64,000 bases of DNA from Octopus sinensis (lineage: Eukaryota), in NCBI RefSeq assembly GCF_006345805.1, contig NC_043001.1:29388001-29452000 (forward strand), written 5' to 3'. The position numbers were made by a program, and so were the translations under genes. Below the pieces are notes generated by a model. The model saw only the letters and a list, made by a program, of their open reading frames with translations, had not been told where the DNA came from and searched no databases. Shown piece after piece: positions 52,613 through 59,400 of this stretch. The stretch's first letter is position 1. Each line of letters begins with the position of its first letter.

Positions 52613-55600
52613 TCATATATACTTAAAATATTCATAAGAATCAAAATGGCAGATGGTTGCTGTTTATTGTGTTCTTGGAGAAAAAGCATGACCTTACTTG
52701 ACTTCATATTTGACCAAAAATTTCTCAAACATTATAAAGAAAAATTTTATAAATAAAAATAATATGAATAAATAAATGAAATACATATAAACAAAACAAA
52801 AAAAGAAAGTATACAGAAAACTATAGAATTCCTCATTCTAGAGCTGGCTGTTAACTGCAAAATAAATCTGATAAAGAACTCACTGTGTAAGATGTTGTAC
52901 TCAAAATATCTGTTCGAAGATCTTTTTTCGTGGTTACAGATCCAGTGACATTGTTGACTTGAAAGAATAACTCAGCTGGATAATTTCCCACCACTCGGTA
53001 GCGTACCACATCCTGAAAGGAACGAAATCTGAATATAGTAACAGTCTACTTGTGCTACTCAATTTAGCACTAATTCACTATAGCCTCTTTTTACATGGAG
53101 ACATTTTCATTGGGATAACATTACGAGAGGGTGTTAAAAAGTTCCCAGCTTTGAGGGTAGCGTGAAAGGCCTGGTAGGAGGCTCAACCTTCTGAGTTTTT
53201 TCACAGGGCTTAGAGAAACTGAAGGCCACTGCAATAAGTGTGTGAATCTGAGAGGGGAATATGTTGAATAAAATCGTAATTAACTGATCTTCCTGTATTT
53301 TCTTTTACCCAAAGGCAGGAACTTTTCAGCACCCACCTTATATATTATAGAAATTGCATGCTAACATATAAAAAATTATGTACACTCACACATACATTCA
53401 AATTGTACGTTTTTTTTTTTTTATCTATCATCTGTAGAAATGGCCTGCAATTCCAAGTAGAGGATGGAAGTTCATCTCTGATGCTAAAAAAATTACCACA
53501 CTGAATATTTAAAAGTTGAATGGAGAACATCAATGATTAAAATCATGTCCAAAAAGAGCTTGAAGGCATTAACACAGAGTCACTAACTTTAGAAAGAATT
53601 CTTACTACTGAATTTCTCAGTAACAACATTAAGGTAACCAGAAATCACTGACAAGTTTACTGAGCATGTTCTTGACTGGAGTCACAGTAACAAGGTAAAA
53701 AGAAGTGTTTCATAACATATTCTACAGCTGTGAATTGTTTTATGAGAGATCACGAAATTCAATCTGCATAAGACTTAGACCTCAGTAAGCAACCAATGAA
53801 CAAGAAAGAGCTACAGCCTGAACATCTTCCGCCTTTTGCTTTTCTTTTCATTGGTGTGTTTCAACTGAATTAATGGCGAGAAGGGTCGTGTGCACATAAT
53901 TAAAGTTGATTCATTTAATTAGTTTCATATTTTCTTAACCCTTTCGTTACTGTATTTATTTTGAGATGCTCTGTGTTTCTTTCAATTACTTTAAATATAA
54001 CAAAGAATTTAGTAAAATAACTTAGTTATCATTCAGCTAGTGATAGGAATATAAATTGTGACTAAGGTTTGGTGGAAGATTTTAATTTAAAACTCATGGA
54101 AACAAGACATACTCATATCCAGAGCTGGTTTCAGCTGGGTTGGTAATGAAAGGGTTAATGAAATGACAGAATCTTTTTGCTTTCAAATTTTATCATAACT
54201 TTAGATCATAATGTGTAATATTACATTGCATGGGCTTATCTAAAGTTATATAGTGACTGGAGAGGGTGATAGTGACTCTCTAGATCTTGCAATCATTTGG
54301 CAGTGTTGCCCTCCTTCATTTGTTTTGAGGCACCATTAAAACTAGCATGTCAAGTTTGTATCTCTATTTATGCTGTGTTGTACAGTCTCAGTCAGTGCTG
54401 TATATATTAGGAGTACACCTAGAGCACAAACTAGGATATTGATTTATAACCACACATATTGGTGTTTGTGTGTTACTATAAAACATTTCATTTTTGGAGA
54501 TTGACTCGCATAGCAAGTGATTTGATCCGAGATCGTGTGCTGAAACGAAATCAATTGCAGCGTGGAAGGTGTTTGTAAGCCATTTAAGAAACACACAAAA
54601 GCCATTTGATTCACTTCAACATTTAAGTTTAATTTGTCAAAATATTTTCGTCGCTTTAAGACACGTGACCTGTTCGCTGACAAAAAATCCAGTGAACAGG
54701 TCGCAGTCTTAAAGCGATGAAAATATTTTGACAAATTAAACTTAAATGTTGAAGTGAATCAAACGGCTTTTGTGTGTTTCTTAAATGGCTTACAAACACC
54801 TTCCATGCTGCAATTGATTTCATTTTTGCTTGTTAATTAAATAACTAAAAGCTTAATAATTTGACATTGAGTTATGTATTAGTATTTCTTATCTACATGT
54901 TGAGCAGTGATAGACTTTACCTTCAACTTTTTCAGAGTGGAGTGATGTTATTATGTTAAACCAGAATATTAGTTTCGGGTGAATGAAGATTAGAATAATT
55001 CGCTTAACAATTCAGGTATTAATATTTTGAATAAAAGAAGTAAGATCTTCCACAATATATAGAAGTAAAAAGAAAATAGGAAAGAAAAAAGTGGAAGAAA
55101 GGTCAGTCTTTGGAAGTACAGAGTGATTGGTCATGATATCGGCAAAAAATATTAGCATCAATACTGCTTTGCTTAAGCAATGACATAAGAAATAACATTC
55201 ATACACATTTGCTCACACACACATATTCATGCACATATACACATACACATGCATATATATGACAAGCTTTTTACAGTTTTTTGCCTACCAAATTCACTCA
55301 TCAGTCAGATTGAAGCTATAGTAGAGTATATTTTTTGAAGGTCTGACATTGTGGGACCAAATCTGAAACTACATTGTTATAAGCGGACTTGTTAATCACA
55401 CAGATGTGTCTGTGCTTCTATTAACAGAATTTTGAATGACGTTCTCTGAACAATTCAGTAGACAGTGAAATTGGGTATATAAGTACACATTGATTAAAAA
55501 ATGGATTACAGATGAGAATTGAACAAAACTAGCCAACATTTCAGAATTTTCTCATTATTTTCCATTCCATGCAATGCAAAAATGAAAATAAAAATAAAAG

Positions 55601-56421
55601 GAAAATACAAAAAAAATAAACAGAACATTCAGGGTTAGAATATGAAATGACAAAAGTTATTGTTCGGTATACATGTTACATGGTATACACGTTATCATTT
55701 TTAACGAGAGAACACTTACAGTGTTTAACTGTGGCAGAGCTTGGACACCAACAATGACTGTCCCAACGGAACAGTCTCTTTCAAAGTAGCAAAATATTTA
55801 TTTTGCGAGAAAACAGGTGGTCGATTGTCGTTTGTTGTAGTCACTTTTACACTAACACTGGAGGTTTTACTTTGTGGATAACCATTATCACTGACTTTCA
55901 TAATACACTGCAAAAGAAAGAATTGATAGAAACAGGGTAAGAAGTGATTATTTATCACATTTCGGAATTACCATTTTTCAAAACAAGTTAGAACCTACCC
56001 TATCTGAATAATCCATACCATATAAGCTGAGCAGCAATTAACCTAAATAGGTTGGGACACACACACATACACTCGCACGTGCACACACACACTCGTGCGC
56101 ACACGCACACACAGATCCTCCTCCTCTTCCTCCTCCGCCACCGCCACCTCCTCATTTTTGCATTCACTTTTGTAGTTTATTAAGGCAGATTTTCTACAGC
56201 CAGATGCCCTTTTTGTCACCAACTCTCAGCTGTTTCCAAGCAAGGTATTTTCTCCATGGCCAGTCATGTTCTTAGAGTATTGGAAAGAAATGACACTGCT
56301 TCTATGGCCATGATACTCATTTACGTCTATCACTTGATGTGAATTCAAGGAAACACAGACGTGTATACACTCACACATACATACATACATACATACATAC
56401 ATACATACATACATACATACA

Positions 56422-56453
<32 letters not shown>

Positions 56454-59400
56454 CACACACACACTTATATACATGATGAGCTTCTTTCTGTTTCTACCAA
56501 ATTCACTCACAAGGCTTTGGTTGACCTGAGTCTATAGTAAAAGGCACTTGCCCAAGGTGTCACATTGTTGGACTGAATCTAAAACTATGTGGTTGAAAAG
56601 CAAATTTGTTAACTGTACAACCACGTCATCACTATCTGTCTCCTCATCTGGACTTCAAGTGATAGCTATAAATATATATATATATATATCATCATCATCA
56701 TCATTATCATCGTTTAATGTCCTCCTTCTATGCTGCTTGAGTGGAATGGTTTGACAGGATCTGGCCTGGCAGAAAACTGCACCATGCTTCTGTGTCTGTT
56801 TTGGCATGGGTTGGACGGTTTGACCAGGGATGGCAAGCTGCACCAGACTCCAATCTGATCTGGCATGGTTTTTATTGCTGGATGCCCTTCCTAACGCCGA
56901 CCACTCCAAGTGTGCAAAAAACTTATTAAGTGATAAATATACAGAATGAGGAAAGATATACAAATACATACATATGTATATATATAAAATGCATACAGAT
57001 GTTTTTTTAATATTTGTGCATATGTTTGAAGCTTTATATAGATAAGGAAACAAAGACATATATATGAAATAATTTATTAATAGAATGAATATATATTTCA
57101 AGCTTAGATTGCATACTATTTAGAATCTTTTAATGGAAACAACACTTAAGGTTGTTGTTGGCATTGTTTAACTTCAGGTACAATCTGATTAACCACTGTA
57201 GGAGGAGAGAGGAGAATGCTAGTTGTTGGGAAATGGATCTACAGTGCAGCTGGAAGGGAGGAGGTGAGGGAATCCTTGCAGAAGATGGCAAACAACAAGG
57301 CACCAGCTAAAGATGGGTCTACAGTGGAATGCCTAAAGACAGGAGGAGTGACAATAACTGAATAGTTAGTGAGGCTTATGAATGCTTGTTATATGGCGGG
57401 AAGAGTACCAAAGGACCGGTGTAGTGCCTGTATAGTGCCACTGTGTAGTGCCTGTATAGTTCCACTGTCTAGTGCCTGTATAGTGCCACTGTGTAGTGCT
57501 GTATAGTGCCATTGTGTAGTGCCTGTATAGTGCCATTGTGTAGTGTTTGTATAGTGCCATTGTGTAGTGCTTGTATAGTGCCACTGTGTAGTGCCTGTAT
57601 AGTGCCACTGTGTAGTGCCTGTATAGTGCCACTGTGTAGTGCCTGTATAGTGTCACTGTGTAGTGCCTGTATAGTGCCACTGTACAAGGGGAATAAATGT
57701 GAGCATGGAAATTTTAGGGGTATAAGTCTGTTGTGTGTGTTTGGTTAACTGTAGGGGAGAATTCTGATTGTAAGGGTGAGGAACCAGATAGAGAGTGTAC
57801 TAGGGGAGGAGCAGTGCAGTTTTAAGAGTAGAAGTGAGTGTGCAGATCCAATATTTATAGTAAGAACTTTTTTGCAAAAGAGAAGGAGGTGTATTGGGCC
57901 TTTATGGACCTAGGTAAGGCATATGACCGTGTGAATAGGGATGCAATGTGGCAGGTGTTGCGGTTGTATGGAGTAGATGGTAGATTGTTGAGAGCTGTTC
58001 AGAGGTTTTATAGAGAAAGTAGGGCATGTGTTAGGGTAGGTGGGGAAGTAAGTGAGTAGGTTGATGTGAAGGTGGGGTTAAGATAGGGTTGTGTAATGTC
58101 TCTGGGGCTGTTTAATTTATATATGGATGGTGTGGTGAGAGAGGTAAATGCTAGAACCTTTGGTAGGGGAGCCCAAATGGTGGGAGAAAATGGAGAGAAA
58201 TGGCAGGTGATTTAGTTGTTGTTTGCTGATGATACAGCACTGGTGGTGGATTCAGAAAAGCAACTGGGGAGACTGGTGGCAGAGTTTGGAAGAGGGTGTG
58301 AGAGGAGGAAACTGAAAGTGAATGTAGCTAAGAGTAAGGTGATGAGATGTTCGAGAGATGGAATGGCTGGTAGGATAAATGTGAGTATAAATGGCAAAAT
58401 GTTAGAGGAGGTGAGTGGTTTTAAGTATCTGGGATTACAAGTGACAGTGAATGGGGGTTGGCTGAAGAAGTGGGATACAGAGTGAGGGAGGAGAGTAAGA
58501 TACTTGGAGTTTTGAAAGGTATGCTGAGAGATAAAAGGTTGAGTATGAAAGCAAAAATGGTGTGTATGAAGGTGTGATTGTGCCGACAATGTTATATGGT
58601 GCAGAGATGTGGGGGCTAAGAAAGGTAGAAAGGAGACAACTAGATGTCTGAGGGCTATGGTTGGTGTGGCATGGATGGACAGGATGAGGAATGAGGAGGT
58701 GCAAAGGTGAGCAGGAATGAGAGAAAAACTAACCCTAAAATGGATAGACGAATGTTGAGGTGGTTTGGCCACATGGAGAGGATGGATAAGGAGCAGATAG
58801 TAAGGAGGGTAATAAAGGCAGAAGTGATAGACAGCAGAACCAGAGGTAGATTTTGGTTTGTGTGGATGGATGGAGTGAGGAAGGCTTTGGTGGTTAGAGA
58901 TGTTGGAATGAGAGAGGCAAGAGAGTTTATAACTGATAGGAAAGCTTGGAGAGTGTTTGTGAATGGATGAGTGAATTTGATGTTACTCAAGGGGTGTGGA
59001 ACCAGCATGATGTGGCAGGAGTAAACCAGCATATGCTGTTAGGCCCTGCTGCTGATATTGGAGGTTGTGTTCTATACCTGACCTGAGCATAGCACAGGGC
59101 CCACCTCTTTGAGCTCAAAAATGAATGGAATACCTGGTGTGTGTCTTGTGGCTACCCACTCCTAAAAAAAATGGGGAATAGGCCTGGGCATATAAAAAAA
59201 GAAAATACTATCTGATTAGACAAACCTATAATCTAAGGCTTTCTAGCCTTAATCATCTTGTCTACTTAGGGATATGCAGAACTATATTATGTAAAATTTT
59301 CTTTACAGAAGACAATGGGAAGTGATTTGAAGAAGATTTAGTTGATATTTCTAACAGATCACACTACATATAGGGTCTCTCAACAGCACACATTACAATC

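Noticed and set aside
55725-55800. Alternative in-frame donor rescuing exon 3
   Set aside because: Phase-0 GT sites in the entry frame (gtgtcc, gttccg, gtgact, gtaaaa) are weak or delete most of the domain, whereas the gtaagt at 55719 matches the position used by all other A exons.
5790-56910. Antisense orientation bias of family B SINEs (roughly 11 versus 4 by eye)
   Set aside because: Small sample, and antisense bias of intronic retroelements is a general, known effect.
57419-57681. CRISPR-like array (also considered for 6973-7156 and 30390-30448)
   Set aside because: Head-to-tail units with no unique spacers, eukaryotic context, and no cas genes.
58212-59032. Long minus-strand ORFs (186, 125 aa)
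   Set aside because: Antisense shadows of the purine-rich RTE LINE.
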